Made by a program: the position numbers and the translations under genes. 40,056 nt of DNA from Rotaria socialis (Eukaryota), in NCBI GenBank assembly GCA_905331295.1, contig CAJNYD010000059.1, forward strand, positions 1-40,056. Reading direction: 5' to 3'. A model generated the notes under the pieces. It searched no databases and was not told the origin of the DNA. It saw only the letters and a list, made by a program, of their open reading frames with translations. Of the stretch, positions 1 through 11,690 are shown piece by piece (positions within the stretch are counted from its first letter, which is position 1; each line of letters starts with the position of its first letter).

Positions 1-2630
1 ATTTAAGAAATAATTTAACCATTGACGTTTTGTTTCTTGTATAATTTTATAACGTTTATTTTTCGTTTCAATAATTTTTTCATTATTGTTCAATGGTAAA
101 TAATCAGTATGTGTAAAAAAATGTTCCAATTGATCAAACGTTTCTGGTAAAAATTTGCAATGAATTCTTGTTTCAAACTTTAATTGTTCTTTCCAAATTT
201 CTGCTTGTTTTTCTCGTATTGTAATCAATCGATTGATATATTCGTTCTAAAAAGAAAATTATTTAATAAGAAACATAAATATTCGACTAAAAATCAAATG
301 GATTCCCTAGTGAAAGTACTCGCCCAGCGAGTACGACTTTACAGAATGAGTACTCAGATTACTCGAGTGAGTACTCGATGAATTTTATGTGTAACTATAC
401 TTTTCATGTACTATGATGAGTACTCCACTGAGTTTTCTCTCTAAGAATTACTCGTACACGAAAATACGAGTACTCGAGGTAGTACTCATCGTTGTTTTTC
501 AGAAGACATTTAACAAAACATCTATGCACTAGGATGTACGAAAATAAAATAATATTGCGTAATTAAGATCAACTATATAATGAAATGAAAATTACGAAAG
601 AACTTTAAAAATATATTATCAATTGTATCCTCCATATTTTGTGATGAGTCACTCATGTGACTTAATCAATTGGCTATTTAAAGAATAGAAAAAACAAAGT
701 CACTTCATTTCAGCTATTCGTTTCTCGAGTAAGACCAAACATTTATGTGAAAATATAAAATTATGTGTTAAATTTTACGTCTTAAATCAAAGACGAAATA
801 TCGTTTTAGATAAAATTAAATTTTTTTGAAAACAAATGAAACACTAGACGGCCGAGAAAATTATTCACAAAATTATAGAATTCGATAGTCTGAAGAAACA
901 TCTATCATATAGAAGACAGTAGATACATTTTTTATTTTTTACTTAACGATTATAGTTTTCGATTTGAAATGTTCATAATTTATATAACGATCTAAAGTGA
1001 ATGTGTATTGTTATCACTATCTTAATTTGATCCATAATTTATTTCTCATGTCTGTTTGTGTTTACATATGCTTCAGTGTTCTTGATACAGATTTTTATTC
1101 ATATTTTCTTACATTCTGTGGATAAATGTTTTATCACTATATCATAATTAAACAAATTTTAAGACGATGAAACAATTCGTTTCTCAGATTCTTATGGTGT
1201 AACTCACTGTTCTATCATTAGTTTTTGAAATAAATAAATTTTAAACTAGTAAAAGGATACTGAACAATATATGTGCCTGAGTATTTTGACGAAAAGCCCA
1301 CCAGAGTACTCACAAAACACTCGATTTTATGAGGCGAGTACTCAATAGTCGTACTCAGATACTCAAATCCTACTACAAGTACTACTAACGAGTACTCAAA
1401 CCCCATGAGTACTCATGAGTACTCGTGACATTTTCTAGCGTGAGTACTTTTTGAGTACTACCCTATGAGTACCTTCACTAGGGTTTACTTCTTGATTGTT
1501 CATAAGAGCAGAAGTAGATATTGTTGTCAATCGTTGCTTTTCAGAAATATCATCTTTAAATTTGAGCAATTTTTCATTATTCCTTTGTGATAAATATTTT
1601 CGTTCACGATCCACTAATTCTTTAAGTCGTTGTTCTATTTGTTCAAATGATAATTCTATCATTGGACATGTTTGAAATTGTTCTTCTTGTTTTGTTAATT
1701 CAAATTGACAATGATTCAATTGTTTTTTATTATTTTCTATATAATTCATCGCATATTGTTTACATAAATTGAAATCATTTGTTTTTATCATTTTATAAAA
1801 TTGATCCTTAATATAAATAAAAAAATATATAAGAGTGTTTTTAATAAATTATATAAAATAAAATAAATTTACCGGCCATAAATTTTCTTGTAAACTAAGA
1901 TCTAAATAAGATTGCCATAATTGTCGATCCATTTCTAAATAAAATTGTTGATCTAATAATTGTAGTCGTTGAAAGATAAATTCTTTTTCATCTTTATTCT
2001 TCAATGAATAATTTAAAGTTTTATTTAATATCTGATAGAGTAAATGTGATGATCGTGTTAAATACATTGGTTGTCTAAATATATACAAAAATAATATATA
2101 AATAAATAAAATGAATAATTATTTGGATAAAAAAATTATTCTCACTGATAATTTATTTGTTTATTTATTTCGTTATTATTTTCATTGATTCTTGTATTAT
2201 TATTTATTGTTTCTGATATATTCTTCAGTTTTTTTGATGATGATTGTAAAATAGATATTGAACTTGTTGATTTAGGTATTGTTTGATTTGTGATTATTGA
2301 TGATATTTGTTGGGATGATGTATCTCGTTTACGTTTATTAAAACATGTTGTTGTTTTAAATATTGGTTGTGATTGACAATTTTTTGCTGCTGGTACTAAA
2401 TCACTTTTTAATTTTGTTGATTCTTTATTTAATTTGTTCGTCTTATTTTTCTTATAAATCCGATCTCTTTTCTTGATTAATTTTTCTATTTTCGCCGGTT
2501 TCATTTTTTCAGCAAGACATTTCTTTCGAAAACGTTGATTTCTTCGATTGCCATGACATTTTTTCTTTTTCAATGGTTCTTGAATTGAAATTAAAACATT
2601 ATCTTGTCTATCCATATTATTGACATTCAT
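1..2630 (-). CDS. Athena/Terminon-type coiled-coil ORF with basic NLS-like motif; spliced and running off the left edge (an RT probably follows outside the window)
   Basis: KKKKCHGNRRNQRFRKKC motif, then PMYL...WQSYL...WP and KFLP..FDQLE blocks. Exons ~2630-2146, ~2074-1873, 1806-1489 and 246-1 join in frame through GT-AG introns. The last exon reads NEYINRLITIREKQAEIWKEQLKFETRIHCKFLPETFDQLEHFF... with no stop. Confidence 0.75.
305..1483. mobile_element. Non-autonomous CMC/CACTA-like TIR element inside an intron
   Basis: 17-bp TIRs CCCTAGTGAA(A/G)GTACTC at 305-321 and 1467-1483, TT on both flanks (2-bp TSD), and dense subterminal GAGTACTC palindromes at both ends. Confidence 0.85.
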
Positions 2631-2761
2631 TATTATTAGACAAAATTAATTGTCGAATAAAAACAAGTGAAGTTATCTGAAAAAGAAATAGAAAAACAAC
2701 ATCAAAAACAATTGAGAATTTTAACATTATTTTAACTGAAACAAAAAGAAGAACAAATTTA

Positions 2762-4236
2762 TCATTTCAAAAAAAGAGATTCAGACTTGAATTTATAAAT
2801 AAATTGAATACGTTCACAAATTTTCTTGCAACATTCATTAATCAATTGTATTAAGATTGGAGATAATTTTTCATTTTGATTCAATGTATGTTGAGATGCA
2901 TCCATTTTCTTTATGTTAACTTCATGTTTCTTTTTATATTCTTCTCGTTGATCTTCAGCTGATTTTAGATACATATTAAATAAAATACTTCTCCCTTGCT
3001 CAGCGACATCTGTACATTTTTGAATTAATTCTTCTCGAAGAGGTATATTTTGAATAGAATTGAATAATGGACCATTAAATATATTTGAACATGTCAATGA
3101 TTGACTTGGTAAATTATAATAAGTAATTTGTTTTTTTAAAAATTCATATTCTTGTTCTGATGTTTCTTGTTCATATTGACTTTGACAAATTTCTGCCATT
3201 AATTTTTTCTAAAATAATATCGAATAGATTAAACGAAGATTTGTCTATATTACAAAAAAAAGACCATACCTGATATTGATTTGGTTTTTGTCGAAAATAT
3301 TCTAATTCCAATGCTCGAATATGATAATCATAATGAATCAATTCTACTTGATGTGCAATTTTTCTGCGAAAAGACGAGTTGATATTTTGTTCAATATATT
3401 CCATAATTATTTCGTGAACTGATGGGGAATAGCCTTCACAATTCGTTGCTTGAATATTCAATTCTTTTTCATATTCTTTCAATTGATGTTGCATCCCATA
3501 TAGTTGATCATTGACAAATTTCAAACAAATATCATTTTCATTAATTTTATTTTTCTTGTTTGCTAAAACAATGCGTTTAACTTCGTTTGGCCATATTGGT
3601 AGTGTTATTGAATAGAATAATTTTTGTTTTGTTTTAGATCGAATAAACAATTGTCCTGTACCAGATTTTAAATAATTTTTCCATAAATATCGATAACTTT
3701 GAATAACCATAATTTTATAAATTAAAATAGCTATTCTTCTTAATTCATTCGTATTATTATTTGATTTTTCTTCTGTTGTTGTTGTTGTTGTTGTTGTTAT
3801 CGATGATAATATTTGATGTATCATTTCTTTGAAAGATTTATTTTTCTTTGTTAAATAATCTGGAATCATCTCCAATTGATCTTTGATTTCTTTCATTATC
3901 ATAATAGGTTCTTTTTCATTTGTTGCATTAGTCGATAATTGACTGATTTTTTCAGATAAATTTTGTTCTTCAATTTCCTAGAAATTAAAAATACAAAATA
4001 GAAATAGAAATAATTTAAATTAATTTTTTAAGATGTACAGCTATTTTTTCTTGACTTTTAATTTTGTCGTTCATATTCCAAGGAAGATCATTTGGCATTT
4101 TATCAAAATATTGGAAAGTTTCATGCTAAAATAAAAGCAAAACACAGTTATTTAAGAAAATCAAAAAAAAATTGATAATTACTTGTTCATCTTCTTCTTC
4201 TTGTTCATCATATAAATTGCTATAATTTGTTGTCAT
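2762..4236 (-). CDS. Second Terminon-type coiled-coil protein (multi-exon)
   Basis: ATG at 4236 (MTTNYSNLYDEQEEEDEQ), short GT-AG introns, and ORFs 3171-3902 and 2762-3199 joined by an intron at ~3270-3209. PDYL...WKNYLKSG...WP motifs resemble those of the neighbouring CC ORF. Confidence 0.7.
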
Positions 4237-6321
4237 TATTAACAGAAATAAGACGAAGAGTTTTTATCTAAAATCAAGAGAAAAATAAGCACGAAAGAAA
4301 TCATCAAATTATTATAAGAAATATTTAAATTTTGTTTAATAATCTTGACGATTGCTTGAAATGTCTAGAAAGCAGATTATTGAAAAAAATTATTTAAAAT
4401 TTTGAAATAAAATAAAATAATATGTTGAGTTTCATAATTTCTAAAATAGAGAAGAGAATAATTATAATTCAAATAAAAATATATTACTATAGATAATATC
4501 CAGTGTCACTGTACAAGATAAATTTCAATCTGGAGCGCCATCTTTTCCATAGTTGTTCACCGTTCATTTGAATGGTTCATCATAGGATGACGCATCTTCT
4601 AAAAAAGACAAAATAAATTTTATATATAAAATAAATGATTTGAATGCTGAATTTAATGGTTTTTTTTTCTTAAATTTCGATACCGATGATATCCAATATT
4701 GTTAGGAATTATTGCAAGCAACTATTTAAAGAAAAATTTAAAAAGAAATTAATCTATAGCATGAAATGTCGCTTACATGAATAAATGAACGAATTTAAAG
4801 GAAAATATATTTGATTTTAATTGATAATTTGTTATCGATCGATTGTCAGGATTCTCTAGAAATAAATTATTATATTTTTAATGAATTTTTTAAAGAAAAT
4901 TTATACCATTTATGGATCAAAAATAATTGCTTTCTTTTAATAAAAATCGAAGTAGATAATCCATTGGAACAGATTGATCGATGAAAATGGAATAATCATC
5001 TTGAACCAAAACTTCTTTCTAATGAATATCATTGAATAGGTTGTTGATCATCGATGGTTACCACGAGAGCAGTTGAAATGAAGAGTACCAAGTAAAAAAT
5101 AATGCATCGACGTGACGTTTCTGAGTTTCGATAAAATAATGAATATTTACAAATGAAAATTGAGTTTTTATACTGCTTTTGAGAGAGTGAATAGTAGAAG
5201 AATAGTAAAAATAAAAATAATTCCCTATTTTCGAATTGATAGTACACGAAAATCAACTATTGTATTGATAGAGCATTGAATTAAATGGACGAAAAAAAAG
5301 AAATAGATAGAAGAGAGTGATTGGGAGAAAGCATTAAAAAAGAGAGATAATTGCCTGACTGATAATGATCAATCCATCAATGAAGATAATGGATAAGTAA
5401 AAGAGGTGTCAGTGATTTTCACACCTTCGAACATTGTCGAATTCATTGGGATCATCCATATTAATGGATACGATCTAATTGCTTTCGAAGATGAATATGA
5501 ATACAACCAAGATTCGAATTCTTTTAACATTAAGACAACAATAGTTTCAAAATAAATAACTTTTGGAGCAAGTGACGATCATATAATGACCTTTTACCCG
5601 TTTATTTTTCATCCATGAATAAATATCAAGTGAAAGAGGAAAAGAAAAGGAAATTGAATTGAACTACATTATCATCTGTTTTGATGAACAAATATCTTTT
5701 TCTTTCCAAGTGAATTTTGAAAAATATCTCTGATAATATAATGGATTCTTTTTTTTTATTCCAAAACATGACAATAAGAGAGAGAGAGATAGAGATAATA
5801 TTTTTCCAAAAAGAAAGCTTATTCTTTTATCTGAAGAATTTTCTGAACAAGAATAATTTTCCTTTGATTATTATGAAGTGAATTATTGAGATTCATTCAT
5901 CCTTTGTATCTTATATAGATTGAAGAAACGAAATAGCCAAGAATTTCAAGTGTCTTTTATAATTAAATCAAAATATATTCATCACGAGAATTTTTTTCTT
6001 TATTTCTTTTTATTACATGTTCCACAATTAATAAATGAATTGATAGACAAGAATTAAATCTTTTATTTTTATTATTATGTGAAAGACAAAGAAAGGAAAC
6101 GAAAAGGAAAACAACCAACCAACGAAAAGAGAAACAAAGAAAATGGAAATCATTTGAGAAAATGAAAATATGCAAATAAGTGCCATCTATATCTGAACGC
6201 AAATGATATTTCGACCTATTCNNNNNNNNNNNNNNNNNNNNNNNNNNNNNNNNNNNNNNNNNNNNNNNNNNNNNNNNNNNNNNNNNNNNNNNNNNNNNNN
6301 NNNNNNNNNNNNNNNNNNNNN

Positions 6322-6439
6322 AGAAGGGTTTATGAAAGGGTTTATGAAAATTTTGACATACGGTAAAAAGGGTTTAGTCTACGTTGCACTTTCATAAACC
6401 CTTAAAGGGTTTATTATTCTACCTTTTTTTTTTACAGTG
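6322..6439. mobile_element. Right end of a CACTG-terminated (CACTA-type) element; the remainder lies in the N gap
   Basis: Ends ...TTTTTTTACAGTG with AAGGGTTT/AAACCCTT subterminal repeats. Its reverse complement matches the end that starts at 35421. Confidence 0.65.
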
Positions 6440-7654
6440 TAGAACACTTCGTTATTTACTTGTTCTTAAAAATTGACATGTTCTTGAAAAATTTGAGTAG
6501 AAAGTGTAAATATTTTTTGTTTTTTTTTCTCTACTTATGGTCACTATTGTGTTGTTTCTTTTGAATTTTGTGTATTGTGTCATACTGAATTCCTTCAAAT
6601 ACTTACTCGTTTTTCATGTCATTTTGTTTAGTGAAAGTTGTTTTCGTGTTTCGATGCATTTCTTTGCTCTTCATTGATTTTCATTTTACTTTCACTTAAA
6701 ATTTCAAATAGTAATACTGTTTTTGTTCAAAAGAAAATTCACAAATGGAATAGTAGAGTTTTTTCTATACATGTGCACATCATTGACATTTTTACTTCTT
6801 TATTTTCATTTAATAGTACTGTGGATAAGGTAGTGATAGTTTGATCAGATATAGGTTAAGTTCTTTGTCATCCGCAATACTATTAAATCAAAATAAAGAA
6901 ATAAAAAAGTCAACTATGTGCACATATATAAAAATATCTCTAATATTCCAATTGTTCATATTCTTTTGAACAAGAAAGGTATTATTATTTGAAATTTTAA
7001 GTAGAAGACTATAGATGTTACTCATACAGATGCAACTAATTCATCGAAATGTTTCTTGGTGATAACTATGTTCTTCTTGTCTTTCGTTAAACTTATGATT
7101 CATTATAAGTATTTCTCTTGTTTTTTCGTTCTTATATATTTGTTCTATTATGTCGTTTAATATTGTGTACGAAATGATGTATTTTTGTCGAAATATTATA
7201 CTAAGATATATATTTTTTTCTATATCTGATATTGTACTGCCGATTAGGTGTAGTTTTTCCTACTCTATATGCTGATTTTGTTTGTGATAAAATAAAGATT
7301 ATGAAATTGAAACTGATAACAGAATTTTCAAGAATAAACTTAGCTTATATCGATCATCACATCAGACGAACAATTAGGAGATATAGATCCTTTCTAGGAG
7401 TTAATTCAAATAAAGTCTGATAATTATAAAGAACAAAACTAGTAAAAAAACCAACATGAGCCAGCAGAATACTTCAACATACTAGTTACTATCTAGTAGA
7501 TACTATCTACTCTGATTCTAAACAGTGGCAATTGAAGAAACAAAAGAGTCTCTTTTATATCTGAGAAAAACAGTACATAATGGGATATCAGATGACTTTA
7601 GATGCAAATATCACTTATGTAATCGTGTTTTATTCTTATTCTTATATAAAAGAT

Positions 7655-7836
7655 AATTTACTTACTTTATAAAAGTAAATAGTAAATATTTTATTTACCT
7701 TTACAAAAGTAAATAGTAAATAAATTATTTACTTTACTAAAGTAAATAGTAAGTATTTTATTTACTTTACTGAAGAAAATAGCAAATAAATTATTTACCT
7801 ATTTACTTGTAAAGTAAATATAAAGTGCCACCCCTA
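7655..7836. repeat. AT-rich AAAGTAAATAGTAAA/TTTACTTT repeat cluster ending in a hAT-like terminus
   Basis: Several ~30-bp imperfect repeats followed by GTGCCACCCCTA (reverse complement TAGGGGTGGCAC). No matching left end was found. Confidence 0.4.
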
Positions 7837-8058
7837 AGTAGAACAGTATCATTTTTATCTTGAATTCATTCTTTATTGAGTGAAATTAAAGCATGAAATC
7901 ACTTGATGAGATCATTAAGCAATATCAAAAACGATCGCCGTAAGTAGCTTGGAATATTAGATTGATGTTGAGAGCTCAATGTAATTTTGAACTTCTGAGA
8001 CTTTCTATCGATTGGATTTTATGAATTTGATGTAGATTACTTTGGATTTCGAATTTAC

Positions 8059-8110
8059 CTGATGATGAACCCTTAAGAAAGGTCTAAAGCGGTCTTTGTA
8101 GCTGTTCTTA
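8059..8110 (+). ncRNA. Degenerate hammerhead ribozyme copy
   Basis: CTGATGA-TGAACC-CTTAAGAAA-GGTC-TAAA-GCGGTC followed by GTAGCTGTTCT, similar to the 8216 copy but with GAAA mutated. Confidence 0.5.
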
Positions 8111-8215
8111 CTACTAAAAATTAAAATTATTATTATATGTATCTTTTTATTTAAATAGATATGTATAACAATATAATTTAATCTTGTGATTTTTTATCTA
8201 ATCATTTAGATTATT

Positions 8216-8261
8216 TGTCAACTGATGAGACCCTTCAGCAAGGTCGAAACCTGTATTGGTA
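8216..8261 (+). ncRNA. Minimal type I hammerhead ribozyme (Penelope/Athena pLTR type) with intact core
   Basis: Stem I TGTCAA/TTGGTA, core CTGATGA, stem II GACC-cttcagcaa-GGTC, GAAAC-CT-GTA cleavage triplet. Followed by C-rich telomere-like CCTCACACTCACCC. Confidence 0.85.
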
Positions 8262-8287
8262 GCTGTTCTCATCCTCACACTCACCCT

Positions 8288-10112
8288 CCTTTATCTTATC
8301 TTAGCATATATCGTGCACGTAAAGAATTTAAATTAATGAAATCAATTCAATAGATACTAAAGAAAGGACAATATGTTCTTCGAGTGACAGATAAAAGTGG
8401 AATTTTTCATATTGGTCATGCAGCTGATTATGCAAAGAAAGCAGAAGCTTATCGAAAAAAAACTTGTGCTTATATTGAATTAGATTCTGATCCACTATGG
8501 AGCGTATTTGATAAAGTTATTCTTTTACTCAATGGTCTTCGTGCGAAGAAACATATTCTATCGTGGCAACTTGATAAAATGATACCGAAACGAGAAAAAG
8601 TTCAGTTAGCGTATTTATATTTCATCCCTAAACCACACAAGGTAATTCATTGTATATCTGTAATTCTTTTGCTTACTCAGTGTGTGTATGTTACTAGATA
8701 GGAACACCATTGAGACCAATTGTATCATCACTCCATATGCCAACAACTGGAATCTCAAAGTTTTTAGACAAATTAATTCGACCATTATTTGATAAATATG
8801 CACGTTCAACAACAATTATCGATGGTGTTGATTTAATTCAGCGCTTAGAAGCATATGCAACAAATGGGTATCTGAACCCTACAACTTATTTTTGTACATT
8901 TGATATTACAGATCTGTATATCATGTTGCCACAAGAAGAATCATTTGATATTCTAACTGAATTTCTTCTTCAATATGGCTATCACAAAATTCAAAATATC
9001 CCAATCGATGCTATTCGAAAGTTAGCTCCTATTGTCATCAAAGAAAATGGTTTTCCTTATGAAAATATATTCTATAGACAAGTCATTGGTGGTGCATTGG
9101 GCTCAGTGTTTACTTTAACTCTAGCTAATATTCTCATGTGGAAATGGGAGAAACAACTTGTTCATCGACTGACAATATCAAACGAAATCTACGGACGGTA
9201 TTTCAAATGCATCATAAAGAAATATACTTGAATATGATGTCTTATTTTTACATATATTGATGACATTTCTTTTCACTTCGGATGAATCATTTCAATCTAT
9301 CGACCATAAATTAGATGAAGCGAACTAATCTCATCCAAATGTTAAATTAGTGCGACAAATTGGTAGAAGCGTTCCATTTCTCGATGTTCTCATTGAGAAC
9401 AGAAAGGGAACTTTAACAACTTCGGTTTATCATAAGGAAGCAGATGAGCCATACGTGGTACCATTTAGATCTGATCATCCTAGCCATGTCTTCAGAAACA
9501 CTATTGATACTGCTATTATAAGAGCAGTTCGCTATTCAACAAACTTATCTCAATTCGAAGAGGAGATGCGACAAATAAAACTCATGCTTCTCTATAATGG
9601 GTGAGTTGTCAGCGTTCAATTACGTTTCTGATTAATAATATATGAATTATAGGTACCCGCCAATCCATATCGATTGCCGAACCAATAGATTATTCACCAA
9701 ATATCTATTCAATAGTTATATTTTACCTATGCTCATTAACTCTGACGACTTTAGTCATTTACGTCATGAGTTCTTGCTCAAATCAAAGAATTCAATAAAC
9801 AATGCAGCAACTAGAAATCCGACTATTGCTGGTCAAGCACATCTCACCTATCTGAAAAATCAAGTTGAACATCCAACAGAAGACAACGAATTGATAACAA
9901 AAAGACATCTTATAATACATTACTGGCATGAAATAAGACTAAGGAAGCAGTACCAATCTATTCGCGAATTATGGAGCCGTACTGTTCAAGGAACAGAGAC
10001 CATCGATACTGCTCTTATCATCGGCACTTCTCTAAATCCGAATCTGAAACAGGAATTGATAACAAAAAACATACAAACTGATTCAAGATTTGTCAATGAA
10101 GCAAGGGAGTGA
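8288..10112 (+). pseudogene. 5'-truncated Athena (endonuclease-deficient Penelope-like) reverse transcriptase
   Basis: RVTDKSG, YLYFIPKPHK|GTPLRPIVS, TFDITDLY.MLPQEE, GGALGS.FTLTLANI.MW.WE, YGR|YIDD, FLDV, YHK....PY..PF.SDHP, LLYNG|YPP motifs with conserved intron positions. In-frame stops near 8351 and 9327. No endonuclease domain. Confidence 0.9.
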
Positions 10113-10524
10113 CACATATCAAGAAGGGTCCATACGACCAAAGAATATTTTAAAAAATTTAACTAATTTGAACACAGCTCCTTATACATTTTCTTATCTC
10201 GAAAACTTCAATAAAAAATTCAAAGATCTTTAAATATCATAAACCTACAACCCAAAAGTCATTCATAGGACAAAGGAATCGAAAGAAAACACAAAGACAA
10301 ACTAAACATAAATCATCTTCAAATATTCAAATAGATCACAATATAAAAATATATACCAGATACTGGCTATCGTTCCCAGCAATATTCGATATAAAAACCA
10401 TCAGCCACAATATTTATTCGCAAAAACATATCACCATCGAGATCAACTACATTCATTTGAAGAGAAAAGCTCAAACTAAAACCAGTCTCGACTTCCAAAA
10501 AAAAAATTGAATGTTAATATACAC

Positions 10525-10574
10525 AAAACTATCTAATGAGACCCTTCAGCAAGGTCGAAACACGTCATAGCTTT
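10525..10574 (+). ncRNA. Hammerhead ribozyme copy in the 3' pLTR with a G5A core variant
   Basis: AAAACTAT-CTAATGA-GACC-cttcagcaa-GGTC-GAAAC-AC-GTC-ATAGCTTT. Stem II is identical to the 8216 copy. Followed by ATACACCTTCATCCTCAAG. Confidence 0.8.
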
Positions 10575-10855
10575 GCTTAGATACACCTTCATCCTCAAGA
10601 CTAAAACGACCGTAGAGAGGATCGGAAAAATAACTTGTTGTATAATTTTAGAAGACTAAAAAAAAAGATACTTTGATGGTGTCTTCAATTGAATCACTAA
10701 ATATCGGTGGATCGATCTGATATTTTATATTTGGATAGCACAAGTCCTGAGCTATGATATGAAGAAAATCAGATCATTTTAGCGCGTGTAGTTTTTGAAT
10801 AATAAGCAAACGAAAAAAAAATATCTAGCTTGTTGGATAATTTTGGTAGCCACTG

Positions 10856-11690
10856 TATATTGATGATATCTCCTTTACTTCCAATCGAACACTGACTTCA
10901 ATCAAACAAATGTTAGATTTGGCCAATCATTTTCATCCAAGTATCAAATTAGTACCTCATATCGGGAAAAGTGTATCGTTTCTTCATATATATTCATCGA
11001 TAATCAAAACGGAGTACTGACGACTTCAGTGTATCACAAAGCAGTAGCTGAACCTTACATCGTACCATTTAAATTCGGTCTTCCTCGGCATGTTTTTAAT
11101 AATATCATTGATACAGCTCTTCTACGAGTCATTCGTTATTCGTCTGTATTATCAGCTTTTAATGAAGAACGACAATCAATTGAACTTATGCTACTTTACA
11201 ATTGGTTCGTCTTCATCTGTATCTATTTTATTCTCATTTCTTTTCTTAGGTAGGTATCCACCACGATATATACATAGTCGATTTCACAAATTCTTCGCAA
11301 GGTACCTATCTCTTCAAACAATTCTACCACTACTCAACGACAACAGCGATTTGGCTCTTATGAGATGTCTTTCATTGAACGAACCTACACTGGATGAAAA
11401 AAAGATAGCTGTAGAGACAGCACAACTCGCCAGTCAAAGTCAGAACCAGGAGCTGGTTGTTCCACCTAACATGAAACAAATTACTGCTAAAATGAAACGA
11501 CGCAACAATCTAATTATTCATCAAACGTATGAAAATGGTGTTTATACATTGAAGAGAAATATTCAGCAGCTATGGGATCGCATATATTCGAAACACCAAA
11601 CATTTTCAACGCCAAACTGACTGTTGGCAGTCGCAATAACATGACCAAGACACTGGAGCTAGTGCGAAGGCATCAAAATTGTCACCCTTC
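10856..11690 (+). pseudogene. Athena RT C-terminal fragment (YIDD exon onward), frameshifted
   Basis: YIDDISFTSN...ANHFHPSIKL, VYHKAVAEPYIVPF, LLYN|YPPRYI, and the tail NLIIHQTYE...IQQLW...KLTVGSRN...ELVRR shared with the other two RT copies. Confidence 0.8.

Noticed and set aside
114..121. Possible -1 frameshift slippery site (T-run followed by A) in the coiled-coil ORF
   Set aside because: The run has seven T's and the frame stays open (EHFFTHTDYL) to the window edge, so no shift is needed.
184..1406. Short ORFs 184-381 and 1218-1406
   Set aside because: They are antisense to an exon or made of MITE subterminal repeats.
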